Positions 9,054 to 18,933 of a stretch of 64,000 nt of DNA are shown here, piece after piece (the first letter of the stretch is position 1; each line of letters opens with the position of its first letter). The position numbers were made by a program, and so were the translations under genes. The notes under the pieces are model-generated. The model worked only from the letters and a program-made list of their open reading frames with translations. It did no database searches and had not been told where the DNA came from. Source of the stretch: Candidatus Acidiferrales bacterium (lineage in GTDB: Bacteria > Acidobacteriota > Terriglobia > Acidiferrales > UBA7541). The stretch is taken from positions 287-64,286 of the forward strand of contig JBOGMW010000102.1 in NCBI GenBank assembly GCA_050746805.1, given 5' to 3'.

Positions 9054-9467
9054 GTGTCCGAGAGTAAAATCCTGAATCTTTGCGGGACGCAGCCGAAACC
9101 TGTTGTATCTTTGCTTAAATTAGAGCACGCTAAATCTGTGAAGTTGTGGCTGGGAGCGGTGGCAATCGCAAGCGGTGCCGCAGCCGCCGAATGGGGTGTC
9201 ACCATTGAATCAAGGCGCGACCACTTGGAGCGTAACGCAGCCGGGCCACCCCGCGCGCCATCGTACGTCCCTGTGGCTCGCGCGCGTCGATTGCGCCCGC
9301 TGGTCTCCGCTAGGCTCCTCAGCGAACGCCAAGCGAAAGTTAATAGCGAACCCGCGTCGAGTAGAACGCGAGCTAACTACCCGTCAATCCAGCAACTTCC
9401 ATTTTTCTAATCGCGAACTTTCTGGGACTTGTGGCAATTGGACTGAGGTAATCCGAGGAGCCCGCTA

Positions 9468-10898
9468 GTGGCCACCCAAGCGCCGCCAGAATCGAAACCC
9501 ATGCCCACGCGGATTGAATCGGACAGCATGGGGAAGATTGAGGTCCCCGCCGACCGCTACTATGGTGCGCAAACGGCCCGCTCGCTGATCCATTTCCACA
9601 TCGGCGACGACACGATGCCGCCCGAGCTCATCCGCGCCTTCGGCATCCTGAAAAAAGCCGCCGCGCTCGTGAATCAGGATCTGGGCAAGCTTCCCTCAGA
9701 AAAAGCCAAGCTGATCGCTCAAGTCGCCGACGAAGTGATCGCCGGAAAGCTCGACGCGCATTTTCCTCTCCGCATTTGGCAAACCGGCAGCGGCACTCAA
9801 ACCAATATGAATGCCAACGAGGTGATCTCCAATCGCGCCATCGAGATCGCCGGCGGCGTGATGGGCAGCAAAAAGCCGATTCATCCGAATGACGACGTGA
9901 ATATGTCGCAGTCCTCGAACGATACGTTTCCGACGGCCATGCATATCGCCGCCGCTTCGCGCGTCGCCGAAGCGCTGATTCCGTCGGTCGAACGTCTGCA
10001 CGACGCTCTCGATGCCAAAGCCAAAACGTTCGCGAATATCGTAAAGATAGGCCGCACGCATTTAATGGATGCCACGCCGCTCACCGTCGGTCAAGAAATG
10101 TCCGGCTGGGCTAGCCTGCTGGAACGCGATGTTGCGCGTCTGCGCGAAGTGCTCTCGGGCCTCTACGACCTCGCGATCGGTGGTACCGCCGTCGGCACGG
10201 GCCTCAACGCGCACCCGGAATTCGCGGACCGCGCCGCCAGGAAGATTGTCGAGCTCACCGGCCTGCCGTTCCGCTCGCATCCCAATAAATTCGCCGCGCT
10301 TTCCGCGCACGATGAAATCGTCTTTGCCAGCGGCGCGCTGAAAACCCTTGCCGCCTCTCTAATGAAGATCGCCAACGACGTCCGTTGGCTCGCTTCCGGC
10401 CCGCGCGCGGGACTCGGCGAACTTATTCTTCCAGAAAACGAGCCCGGCTCGTCGATCATGCCCGGCAAAGTGAATCCGACGCAGTCCGAGGCTATGACCA
10501 TGGTTGCCGTGCAGGTCTTCGGCAACGACGCCGCCATCGGGTTTGCCGGATCGCAGGGCAATTTCGAGCTGAACGTATTCAAGCCGGTGATGATCTATAA
10601 CTTCCTGCACTCAGTCCGCTTGCTCACCGACGCCTGCCGCTCTTTTACCGATCATTGCGTGCAGGGCATGGAAGTGGATACGCAGCGCATCGAGCAGTAT
10701 GTGAAGAACACTCTAATGCTCGTTACCGCGCTAGCTCCCAAAATTGGATATGAGAAAGCCGCCGCGATCGCTAAGAAAGCGCATCACGAACACACGAGCC
10801 TTCGCGACGCTAGTCGCGAGCTCGGCTATATCTCGGAGCAAGAATTTGACCAAATTGTGCGCGCGGAAAAAATGACCAAGCCAGGAAATGTTTCGTAA
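9468..10898 (+). CDS. fumC: class II fumarate hydratase
   Basis: 476 aa. [17 protein letters not shown] signature. The N-terminus [25 protein letters not shown] is typical. A GAGGAG SD lies upstream of the GTG start. Confidence 0.95.
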   Translation: MATQAPPESKPMPTRIESDSMGKIEVPADRYYGAQTARSLIHFHIGDDTMPPELIRAFGILKKAAALVNQDLGKLPSEKAKLIAQVADEVIAGKLDAHFPLRIWQTGSGTQTNMNANEVISNRAIEIAGGVMGSKKPIHPNDDVNMSQSSNDTFPTAMHIAAASRVAEALIPSVERLHDALDAKAKTFANIVKIGRTHLMDATPLTVGQEMSGWASLLERDVARLREVLSGLYDLAIGGTAVGTGLNAHPEFADRAARKIVELTGLPFRSHPNKFAALSAHDEIVFASGALKTLAASLMKIANDVRWLASGPRAGLGELILPENEPGSSIMPGKVNPTQSEAMTMVAVQVFGNDAAIGFAGSQGNFELNVFKPVMIYNFLHSVRLLTDACRSFTDHCVQGMEVDTQRIEQYVKNTLMLVTALAPKIGYEKAAAIAKKAHHEHTSLRDASRELGYISEQEFDQIVRAEKMTKPGNVS

Positions 10899-11104
10899 AC
10901 GCCTTGCCTGTTTCATTCCGGCACATATCTAGGAATATTTGTGCGCGACGTATCACTTTGAGTGCTCGACGAATTGACGATTCTTATTTCTCGCACATGT
11001 GCCTCGCGAGTATGAAAAATCCCTTTGACTCGCGCGCACCTCTTCATTAAATTCGCATTCCCTTTGGGAACCTCTCGCACTTTCCCCCTTCCGCAGGAGT
11101 TCTT

Positions 11105-11830
11105 ATGCTTATACTCGTTGCGGAAAACGACCCGGCGCTCGGCACATATCTCGAGCGCGGATTCAATGCCGAGCACTACGCCGTCGATCTTGCGGTAGAC
11201 GCCGAGCAAGCCACAAATCGCGCCCTCGCGCACAAGTACGACGCCGCAATCCTGGACCTGAACTTTGCGCAGTCCGAAGGTCTCGATGTGCTGCGGAGCA
11301 TTCGCGTCAACTGCCAGGATTTGCCCATCCTGATCCTCGCCAATCAGGCTCGCCCGGAAGAGCGTGCGCAGGTTCTCGATCTTGGCGCGGACGATCTGCT
11401 TTTGAAGCCCTTCGCCTTTTCAGAGCTTTCGGCGCGGGTAAGGGCCCTCTTGCGCCGCGGTGGACGCGCTCCGGATGTAGTGCTACGCGTGGACGACCTG
11501 GAACTAAATCGCGTGGAGCACTGCGTGAAGCGCGCGCAAAAGAAGATCGAGCTAACGCCCAAGGAATTCGCGCTGCTGGAGTATCTAATGCGCAATTGCG
11601 GGCGGCGCGTGACCCGCGCGGAAATCATCGAGCACGTCTGGAACCTGAACTTTGACACCATGACCAACGTGGTCGACGTGTACATCAATTACGTTCGCAA
11701 AAAGGTGGACGCGTCGGCCGGACACAAGCTGATTTACACGATCCGCGGCGTCGGATATCAACTGCGCTCTCCGATTGCGGCGAGCGCGCCCGTAGCACCG
11801 CACGCGGCTGCGCCGATCGCTTCCAATTAA
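11105..11830 (+). CDS. OmpR/PhoB-family response regulator
   Basis: Receiver domain (MLILVAENDP...AAILDLNF...LLLKPF) plus winged-helix Trans_reg_C (ELTPKEFALLEYLMRNCGRRVTRAEIIEHVWN...IYTIRGVGYQL). Confidence 0.9.
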   Translation: MLILVAENDPALGTYLERGFNAEHYAVDLAVDAEQATNRALAHKYDAAILDLNFAQSEGLDVLRSIRVNCQDLPILILANQARPEERAQVLDLGADDLLLKPFAFSELSARVRALLRRGGRAPDVVLRVDDLELNRVEHCVKRAQKKIELTPKEFALLEYLMRNCGRRVTRAEIIEHVWNLNFDTMTNVVDVYINYVRKKVDASAGHKLIYTIRGVGYQLRSPIAASAPVAPHAAAPIASN

Positions 11831-11867
11831 AGGCCCAGGAATTGTCGCTTAGGTTGAGGAGGATTGA

Positions 11868-13100
11868 ATGTCAGCAGCCAGCCAAGCAATTGCAAGCAGA
11901 AGCGCCAGCCGAGTTTTGGTGGCCAGTCCGCGCGCGGAATTTCGCAAGGACGTCCTGAAATCCCTTCCGCCGGCCACGTGCGGAGCGGAAGAGGCAGCGG
12001 GTGGCGCGGACGCCTTGCTCAAGCTCAGCGAACAGGATTTTCGTACGCTGCTGCTCGATCCGCGGCTAGACGACTTGGACGTCAACGAACTGGTGGAAAC
12101 GATTCATTCGCGCCATCCCGCGGTCAACGTGGTGGTACTCGACCGTGAATCGCACAATGAGCAATTGACGTTTGATCTGGCAGGCAATTCCGCAGCTGAA
12201 CAGTCGACGCAAGAAACGGAGCCGAGGCAATCTGAAAACGTGGATGCGGCGATTGTTTCCGACGCTTTACCGGTTTGCTCGTATTTGCCGGAGGAAGCAC
12301 AGCAGCCTGAACGACATGAATCCGCGCTCAGCGAGCCCTTGCCGGACATGATCGGGACCAGCCGCACGATGCAGCAGATCTGCAGGTTGGCGCGTTTGGT
12401 CGCGCCCCGCAGCACCGCCGTACTGATTGTGGGCGCCACCGGCACGGGCAAGGAACTAGTAGCTCGCGGCATTCACGCGCTCAGCCGCCGTAGCCGCGGT
12501 CCGTTCGTGGTGGTCAATTGCGCGGCGATCCCCGAGAGTTTGCTGGAGGCGGAACTTTTTGGATTCACGCGCGGCGCGTTCACCGGCGCATTCCAATCGC
12601 GGCTGGGCCGCATCCACGCGGCGCATGGCGGAACGCTATTGCTCGATGAAGTCGGCGAGTTGCCGCTGAGCATGCAGGCGAAACTTCTGCGGTTCGTGCA
12701 GGAAGGCGAAGTACAGCGGCTGGGAAGCGCGGACTTGTTCCGCGTGGATGCGCGGCTGATCGCGGCCACCAACGCGGACTTGCTGCAGCGGGTCCGCGAA
12801 AAACAATTTCGCGAAGATCTGTATTACCGGCTCTCGATTTTTCCGCTGAATCTGCCGCCCCTGCGCAATCGAACGGAAGACATCTTGCCGCTTGCGGAAC
12901 ACTTTTTGGAAACGCTGAGCCAGCAGAGCGCGCTGCCGCGAAAAAGTCTGAGCCTCGAAGCGTCGCGGCTGCTGCGCGCGCATTGCTGGCCGGGCAACGT
13001 ACGCGAGTTGCAGCACTCGATCGAGCGTGCGTTCGTGCTGGCCGATGGCCACGCGCAGATTCGAGCCGAAGACTTCAGCATGCCGGCGGCTTCCGCCTAA
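11868..13100 (+). CDS. sigma54-dependent activator (bEBP) with degenerate receiver and no C-terminal HTH
   Basis: Walker A VLIVGATGTGKELVARGIH. GAFTGA loop (RGAFTGAFQS). ESLLEAELFG. The protein ends ...NVRELQHSIERAFVLADGHAQIRAEDFSMPAASA, directly after the AAA+ domain. The N-terminal REC-like region has VLVASPRA where the DD/DE pair normally sits. A GAGGAGG SD is present. Confidence 0.85.
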   Translation: MSAASQAIASRSASRVLVASPRAEFRKDVLKSLPPATCGAEEAAGGADALLKLSEQDFRTLLLDPRLDDLDVNELVETIHSRHPAVNVVVLDRESHNEQLTFDLAGNSAAEQSTQETEPRQSENVDAAIVSDALPVCSYLPEEAQQPERHESALSEPLPDMIGTSRTMQQICRLARLVAPRSTAVLIVGATGTGKELVARGIHALSRRSRGPFVVVNCAAIPESLLEAELFGFTRGAFTGAFQSRLGRIHAAHGGTLLLDEVGELPLSMQAKLLRFVQEGEVQRLGSADLFRVDARLIAATNADLLQRVREKQFREDLYYRLSIFPLNLPPLRNRTEDILPLAEHFLETLSQQSALPRKSLSLEASRLLRAHCWPGNVRELQHSIERAFVLADGHAQIRAEDFSMPAASA

Positions 13101-13149
13101 TAGTTATAAATTTCTAAGGCCCGCGCGGCCTGCATGGACCCAATTTTGC

Positions 13150-14508
13150 ATGGGTCTATGCGCCATGCCGGAATCCGCAATTCGCAACAGCCCGGTCCGC
13201 CGGGAGAAGCAAGCGCGCCGAACGCCGCGGCAGAAAATTGCAACGAGAAGGACGCTCGAGCGCGCGTTCCAGAATTTCACGCACGCCGCCGACTCGCTAC
13301 AAAAATCCTACGCACAGTTGCAGGGTGAAGTGCTGCGGCTGCGCTTCGATCTGGAGCGCACGAACCGCGACTTGGCGTCGAGCGTAGAAGAGAACGCGCG
13401 CATGCGCCGGTATCTCGGCCAGGTTCTAGAAAGCCTGCCATGCGGAGTGCTGGTAGTTACAACCGATGGCGAAGTGCGCATGGCCAATCCCGAAGCGCGG
13501 CGGCTGCTTTCGCTTACTTCCGGCCATCCAGCAGATGACGCGGCTGGGCTGGCGCTGCCGCAGGAAATTGTCCAGCAGGCCCTCGACTTGTGCCGAAAAT
13601 CGTCGACGCCCGCCACTTTGGAATACGCGATTCTGGCGGCTTCAGGCGAGCGGATCGTTGGTCTCGTTTGCGCTGTGCTGGGCGATGCCGACGGAGAAGG
13701 ACTGAGCGGCGAATCGGTGCTGCTGCTTCGCGATGTGACCGAGGAGCGAAAGCAAGCAGCCGAGCGCGAATCAGCGCGACGCAAGGAGTCCCTGGCGGAA
13801 ATGGCCACTTTGCTGGCCCACGAAATTCGCAACCCTCTTGGCAGCCTGGAACTGTTCGCCGGACTTTTGGCTGACGCGGCTGCCACGCAGCCGGATCTGC
13901 GGCGTTGGACGGACCACATCCAAGCGGGACTTCGCGGTCTCTCTGCAACCGTCAACAACGTCCTTCAGTTTCACAGCCAGCCTGATGCGCAATTGACCGA
14001 CGTGAATTTAGGCCGCCTAATGCGCGAATCCGTCGAGTTTCTGCGGCCCCTGGCGCGGCAAGCCGGGCTAAAAATTGACCTGCAAAACTCGCTCGGGGAA
14101 TTGGAAATTCCGGCGGACGCCCACCGATTGCAGCAAGTGTTTTTCAATCTGGCGCTCAATGCGTTTCGTGCCATGTCCGTGGGAGGAACGCTTTCGATAC
14201 GGCTGCAGTGGGCAAACTTTGAGCAGCTCAATGAAGTGCGTATTTCGTTTGAAGACACCGGTCGCGGGATCGCTCCGGAACACCTGGCAAAAATATTCGA
14301 GGCTGGTTTCTCCACGCAACCTGGCAATCCAGGCATCGGGCTTTCGGTATGCCGCACGGTCGTGGAGCAGCATCACGGGACAATCTCGGCAACGAGCGAG
14401 GTGGGCAAAGGCGCCACTTTCTGCGTGATCGTGCCGCGAGTGGTGGTGGCTTCCCAAACGAGCCGAGGTTTGCTGAGCGAGGGACTGAGCGTCGGGAGAA
14501 GCGCATGA
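13150..14508 (+). CDS. cytoplasmic PAS-domain sensor histidine kinase
   Basis: No TM segment seen. Coiled-coil region. PAS-like LESLPCGVLVVTTDGEVRMANPEARRLL. H-box LAHEIRNPLGSL. HATPase FEDTGRGIAPEHLAKIFEAGFST...GIGLSVCR. The start is uncertain (ATG 13150 or 13165). Confidence 0.85.
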   Translation: MGLCAMPESAIRNSPVRREKQARRTPRQKIATRRTLERAFQNFTHAADSLQKSYAQLQGEVLRLRFDLERTNRDLASSVEENARMRRYLGQVLESLPCGVLVVTTDGEVRMANPEARRLLSLTSGHPADDAAGLALPQEIVQQALDLCRKSSTPATLEYAILAASGERIVGLVCAVLGDADGEGLSGESVLLLRDVTEERKQAAERESARRKESLAEMATLLAHEIRNPLGSLELFAGLLADAAATQPDLRRWTDHIQAGLRGLSATVNNVLQFHSQPDAQLTDVNLGRLMRESVEFLRPLARQAGLKIDLQNSLGELEIPADAHRLQQVFFNLALNAFRAMSVGGTLSIRLQWANFEQLNEVRISFEDTGRGIAPEHLAKIFEAGFSTQPGNPGIGLSVCRTVVEQHHGTISATSEVGKGATFCVIVPRVVVASQTSRGLLSEGLSVGRSA

Positions 14509-15911
14509 GCCGCGTTCTAGTTGTTGATGACGAAGCACCGATGCGCACCGCGCTGGAGGCGCATTTCGCTCGCGATGGTTGGGACGTGACCACGGCGTAC
14601 GGCGCGCGCGACGCACTGGAAAAGTTCCGGCGCGCTCCTTGTCCGCTAGTGATTAGCGACATGCGCATGCCCGATGGCGATGGGCTAGGCGTGATGCGCG
14701 GGATGCGCGAAGTGGCGCCGCAAGTGGGTGTTGTGTTTTTGACTGCCTATGGGTCCGTGCCGGATGCGGTGCGCGCGATGCGCGAAGGCGCTTGCGACTA
14801 TTTGGTGAAGCCGGTGTGTTTCGAGCAGCTGAAGGAAGCAACGCGGCGGGTGCTGGCGCGTTCTACGCCGGCGTCGAAGGAAGCCGCAGAAAGCGCGCTG
14901 GTTGGGAGTTCGCCGGCGCTGAAAGAGTTGCTGGAGCGGGCACGGCAGGTCGCTCGTACGGATATGGACGTCCTGATCTCAGCCGAAAGTGGCACCGGGA
15001 AGGAGCTACTGGCGCGGCTGATACATCAGGCGAGCGACCGCCGGAACCGCGCGTTCGTGGCGGTAAACTGCGCGGCTTTTCCAGAATCGCTGCTCGAGAG
15101 CGAACTTTTCGGATACGCTCGCGGTGCGTTCACGGGCGCGGTGACCGGCAAGCCCGGAAAATTCGAGTTGGCGCACGGTGGAACTTTGCTGCTCGATGAG
15201 ATTGGTGAAATGCCGTTGCCGCTGCAGCCGAAATTGCTGCGGGTCTTGCAGGAGCGGGAAGTGGACAGGTTGGGCGAGACGCGCACTGTGCGCGTGGACG
15301 TGCGCGTGATCGCGACCACGAACCAGCCGCTGGCGCGGTTGGTTGAGGAAGGTAAGTTTCGCGCCGATCTTTTTTACCGGCTCAACGTAGTCCCGTTCAC
15401 CATTCCACCGCTGCGCGAACGGCACGGCGACGTGCCGCTGCTGGTCGAGCATTTCCTGCGAAAATACGCCGCAGACGGGCGCGCCGAGGCGCCTCGTTTT
15501 TCTCCCGCATTGATGGAGCAGTGGGAGGCGCACGACTGGCCGGGGAACGTTCGCGAACTGGAAAATCTGGTGCGGCGAGCGATTGCGTTGCATTCGGGAG
15601 GGGAAGTGGGATCGGAGTTCTTCAATTCCGTGTCACCAAGAACGGGTGAGCCGCGCGAGGCGACGCCCGCCCGTCCTGACAGCTTGCGTGCAGAGTCAGC
15701 AGGATCATTGCGCGACATGGAGCGGCAGTTATTGGTCGCCACACTCAAAGCCGAGGGCGGAAACCGCACACGGGCGGCCCGCGCTCTGGGAATTTGTCCG
15801 CGCACGATGCGCAACAAAATCCGGGAATACGGATTGCCACCGCGAACGTACCAACGCGCGAGCGATAGGTTGTCTTCCGCTCTGGAGGGAAACGCGCATG
15901 AGCTTAATTGA
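14505..15911 (+). CDS. NtrC/FleR-type sigma54-dependent response regulator (REC-AAA+-Fis HTH)
   Basis: MSRVLVVDDEAPMR...VISDMRMPDGDG...LVKP is a canonical receiver. ESGTGKELLARLIH. GAFTGA. C-terminal GGNRTRAARALGICPRTMRNKIREYGL. ATGA start/stop overlap with the kinase gene. Confidence 0.9.
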   Translation: MSRVLVVDDEAPMRTALEAHFARDGWDVTTAYGARDALEKFRRAPCPLVISDMRMPDGDGLGVMRGMREVAPQVGVVFLTAYGSVPDAVRAMREGACDYLVKPVCFEQLKEATRRVLARSTPASKEAAESALVGSSPALKELLERARQVARTDMDVLISAESGTGKELLARLIHQASDRRNRAFVAVNCAAFPESLLESELFGYARGAFTGAVTGKPGKFELAHGGTLLLDEIGEMPLPLQPKLLRVLQEREVDRLGETRTVRVDVRVIATTNQPLARLVEEGKFRADLFYRLNVVPFTIPPLRERHGDVPLLVEHFLRKYAADGRAEAPRFSPALMEQWEAHDWPGNVRELENLVRRAIALHSGGEVGSEFFNSVSPRTGEPREATPARPDSLRAESAGSLRDMERQLLVATLKAEGGNRTRAARALGICPRTMRNKIREYGLPPRTYQRASDRLSSALEGNAHELN

Positions 15912-16260
15912 CACGCCGTACGTTCCATTTCTCGAGCGCTATTTAGATCTAGCGTCGTTTCGCGAAACGCTGGTCTCGGCCAACCTGGCGAACATCGACA
16001 CGCCGGGGTACCAGACGATGGACGTCTCGTTTCAGAGCGAGCTTGCTTGGGCCAGCACGGAAGATTTTTCCAGACCGTTGCGCCCGGTGGTGCGGCCGGT
16101 GTACGGGCTGATCGAGCGGCCGGACGGAAACAACGTGAGCCTGGATCGAGAAGGCATGCTGCTGGCTCAGACGCAGCTTGAATACAAGACCGCGATCGAG
16201 CTGATCCGCGCGCAGTTTCGCCGGATTCTGGGCGCGATCAACGACGGGAATGAATCATGA
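15898..16260 (+). CDS. flgB: flagellar basal-body rod protein FlgB
   Basis: MSLIDTPYVPFLERYLDLASFRETLVSANLANIDTPGYQT. Overlaps the activator gene by 14 nt. Confidence 0.9.
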   Translation: MSLIDTPYVPFLERYLDLASFRETLVSANLANIDTPGYQTMDVSFQSELAWASTEDFSRPLRPVVRPVYGLIERPDGNNVSLDREGMLLAQTQLEYKTAIELIRAQFRRILGAINDGNES

Positions 16261-16697
16261 ACCTTTTTGGAGTGATGACCATCAGCGGCACGGCACTGCT
16301 GGCCGAACGCGAGCGCGCGGAAATCGTGGCCAGCAACCTGGCTAACGTCGAAACCACGCGCACGCCGGCAGGCGGACCCTATCAGCGCGAGCATGTGGTG
16401 TTTGCGGCGATGCGGCCAATGGGCATGCCGTTCGGTGTGCAGCTTGCGTCCATGGTGGATTTCAGCGCGCGCGGAGTGCAGGTAGCTGGAGTAGTGCCCG
16501 ATGCCGCGCCGCCGATTCGGCGCTACGAGCCGGGGCATCCGGACGCGGACGCTCAGGGATATGTGGAGATGCCTGCTATTAATCCCGTCGAGGAGGAAGT
16601 GAACTTGATGAGCGCGGCGCGTTCGTATCAGGCGAATATTTCAGCGGTGCAAGCGACGAAAAACATGATCGCGTCGGCGCTGGAGATTCTGGCGTGA
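16257..16697 (+). CDS. flgC: flagellar basal-body rod protein FlgC
   Basis: ISGTALLAERERAEIVASNLANVETTRTP...VEMPAINPVEEEVNLMSAARSYQANISAV. ATGA overlap with flgB. Confidence 0.95.
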   Translation: MNLFGVMTISGTALLAERERAEIVASNLANVETTRTPAGGPYQREHVVFAAMRPMGMPFGVQLASMVDFSARGVQVAGVVPDAAPPIRRYEPGHPDADAQGYVEMPAINPVEEEVNLMSAARSYQANISAVQATKNMIASALEILA

Positions 16698-16734
16698 TTG
16701 CCACGCCGCAAAGGATTCATAGGTGAGGTGAACG

Positions 16735-17058
16735 ATGACGAACCCCATCCCAGGATTTTCGTCCATGCCGCTGGTGAACGGACCCGGAGGCGCAGCGGCC
16801 GGCAATACCATCAGCGGTGTTGGCGGTCCCGGAGATGGTCCGGATTTCTCGCAAACGCTCGACGGAATGATGAGCCAAGTGGCCGACATGCAGACCAGCG
16901 CGCAGGCCCAGGTAGTGGACCTGCTGCAGGGAAACGGGCAGGACGTGCATTCGGCAATGATCGCGGTTGAAAAGGCGGATTTGTCGTTTCAATTGATGAT
17001 GCAGGTGCGCAACAAAATCATTCAGGCTTACCAGACGATTTCGCAGATGCCGTTCTGA
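16735..17058 (+). CDS. fliE: flagellar hook-basal body complex protein FliE
   Basis: FSQTLDGMMSQVADMQTSAQAQVVDLLQGNGQDVHSAMIAVEKADLSFQLMMQVRNKIIQAYQTISQMPF. Confidence 0.9.
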   Translation: MTNPIPGFSSMPLVNGPGGAAAGNTISGVGGPGDGPDFSQTLDGMMSQVADMQTSAQAQVVDLLQGNGQDVHSAMIAVEKADLSFQLMMQVRNKIIQAYQTISQMPF

Positions 17059-17205
17059 GGATCGGCGCCGCGAAATCAATTCAGAAGGCTTTCGTTAGGA
17101 TTCCGTCGCGACCGGCGCCGTCGGAACCAGACGAGCAGCCACTAGCACACGCGGCAGGGTTTTCCCGAACTGTCCGAATCGAAACAGCCGGGCGAACCAG
17201 GCACC

Positions 17206-18933
17206 GTGGACAAGTTTCTAAAACAATTGACAGCGTTCCTGCGCGGGATGACGCCGCGACAGAAGATGTTATTGGCTGCGGGCGCGGCGGCCGTGCTGAT
17301 CGTGCTGGGCGTTTTCGCACGGCTCAGTCAAACCGCCGAGTTCAAGCCGCTCTACGCCGGATTGCAACCATCGGACGAGCAATCAGTGGTGCAGAGCCTG
17401 GCCTCCAAAAGTATTTCCTACCAGGTATCTCCTGACGGCACCAGTGTGAGCGTGCCGGCGGACGAACTCGACAAAGCGCGACTCGAACTCGCCGCCGAAG
17501 GCTTACCGCAGTCCGGCCGGCTAGGGTTTGAAATTTTCGATAAGCAGAATTGGACGGAAAGCGATTTCACCGAGCAGGTCGATTACCAGCGAGCTCTCGA
17601 AGGGGAATTGGAGCGCACCATTCAGACGCTCGGGGATGTGCAATCGGTGCGCGTGCATCTGGTCCTGCCGCACGATTCGCTGTTTAGCGACCGGGAGCGT
17701 CCGGCTAAAGCGGCCGTGGTAATGAAGCTTCGCGGCGGCGGATTGACGGATCAGGAGGTGAATGCCGTCACCCACTTGGTGGCGAGCGCGGTGGACGGGC
17801 TGACGCCGGACAACGTCACACTGATCAGTGCCGACGGCATGACGCCAATCGTAGCCAAAGGGCACGACGGAATTCACGGCATGGATTCGTCGATGGATCT
17901 GGAGGCGGCGCTCGCGGAAAAGGTAGTGGCCACGCTCACCCCGGTGGTGGGACAAGGCCACGTGAAGGCTAGCGTGACGGTGGCATACGATCCGAGTTCG
18001 GGCGACACCACGCAGGAAACGTACGATCCTGCCAATCCGGTGCTCGTTTCCGAGCAAGTGCAGGAAGAAAACTTTGGCGGGCACCCACCGGAGGGAATTC
18101 CGGGAACGACGAGCAACGTCCCGAGCTCGCCTGGAAATTCCGCCGCCCCAAATAAGAACGGAAATGGCGCAAGCAAAAGCCCTTCGACGAATAGCAGACC
18201 AGTCGAAAAGGCGAATCCGGCAAACCCGATGATAGCGGCCTCATCCGAATCCGAGGGCCAGCGCAGCGACAGCCGCACGTACGCAGTGAGTAAAACAATG
18301 CGGCATACGATTGACCCGCCGGGCCGAATCGACAACGTGGACGCGGCCGTGCTGGTGGACGACGTGATTGAGCAGCAGAAAGACGCCAAGGGGCAGATGC
18401 ACGAGGTGCGGCGGGCGCGGACTCCGGAAGAAATGAAACAGATCGAGGATTTAGCGCGCGCGGCGGTGGGCTTTGATGCGGCGCGTGGCGACGTCCTATC
18501 CGTCGAGAACGTCCCATTCGTTACGCCCCCGGTAGAGACGCCTACGCCGCTGCCGATCGTGCAGCGGGTGCGCATTTTGGCCGAGCAGTGGATTTGGCTG
18601 GTGCGCTACATCGTGCTGCTGCTCTTGTTCGGCTTGTTATATTTGCTGGTACTGCGTCCGGTGACGAACCAGTTGATCGAGGCGCTGCGGCAAGGCGGGC
18701 GCGCAGGCGTTCCAGCGCTGGCTGGCGCCGGTGGGGGCGAACTCGTGTCGGGTTTGAGCGAGAGCACCGCGGCGTTTGGAGGGTCCGAACTGGACCGGGA
18801 GCTAAGCCAGAGCAATTCGGACGTGGATCGCGTGGTGCGCATGAAGAAACACTTAACTGACCGCGTGAAACAAGAACCTGTGGCCGCGAGCCAGTTGGTG
18901 CGCACATGGATTAATCAGAAGAGGGACCACTGA
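17206..18933 (+). CDS. fliF: flagellar M-ring protein FliF
   Basis: 575 aa. FKPLYAGLQPSDEQSVVQSLASKSISYQVSPDGTSVSVPADELDKARLELAAEGLPQSG. C-terminal TM and FliG-binding tail. Confidence 0.95.
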   Translation: MDKFLKQLTAFLRGMTPRQKMLLAAGAAAVLIVLGVFARLSQTAEFKPLYAGLQPSDEQSVVQSLASKSISYQVSPDGTSVSVPADELDKARLELAAEGLPQSGRLGFEIFDKQNWTESDFTEQVDYQRALEGELERTIQTLGDVQSVRVHLVLPHDSLFSDRERPAKAAVVMKLRGGGLTDQEVNAVTHLVASAVDGLTPDNVTLISADGMTPIVAKGHDGIHGMDSSMDLEAALAEKVVATLTPVVGQGHVKASVTVAYDPSSGDTTQETYDPANPVLVSEQVQEENFGGHPPEGIPGTTSNVPSSPGNSAAPNKNGNGASKSPSTNSRPVEKANPANPMIAASSESEGQRSDSRTYAVSKTMRHTIDPPGRIDNVDAAVLVDDVIEQQKDAKGQMHEVRRARTPEEMKQIEDLARAAVGFDAARGDVLSVENVPFVTPPVETPTPLPIVQRVRILAEQWIWLVRYIVLLLLFGLLYLLVLRPVTNQLIEALRQGGRAGVPALAGAGGGELVSGLSESTAAFGGSELDRELSQSNSDVDRVVRMKKHLTDRVKQEPVAASQLVRTWINQKRDH

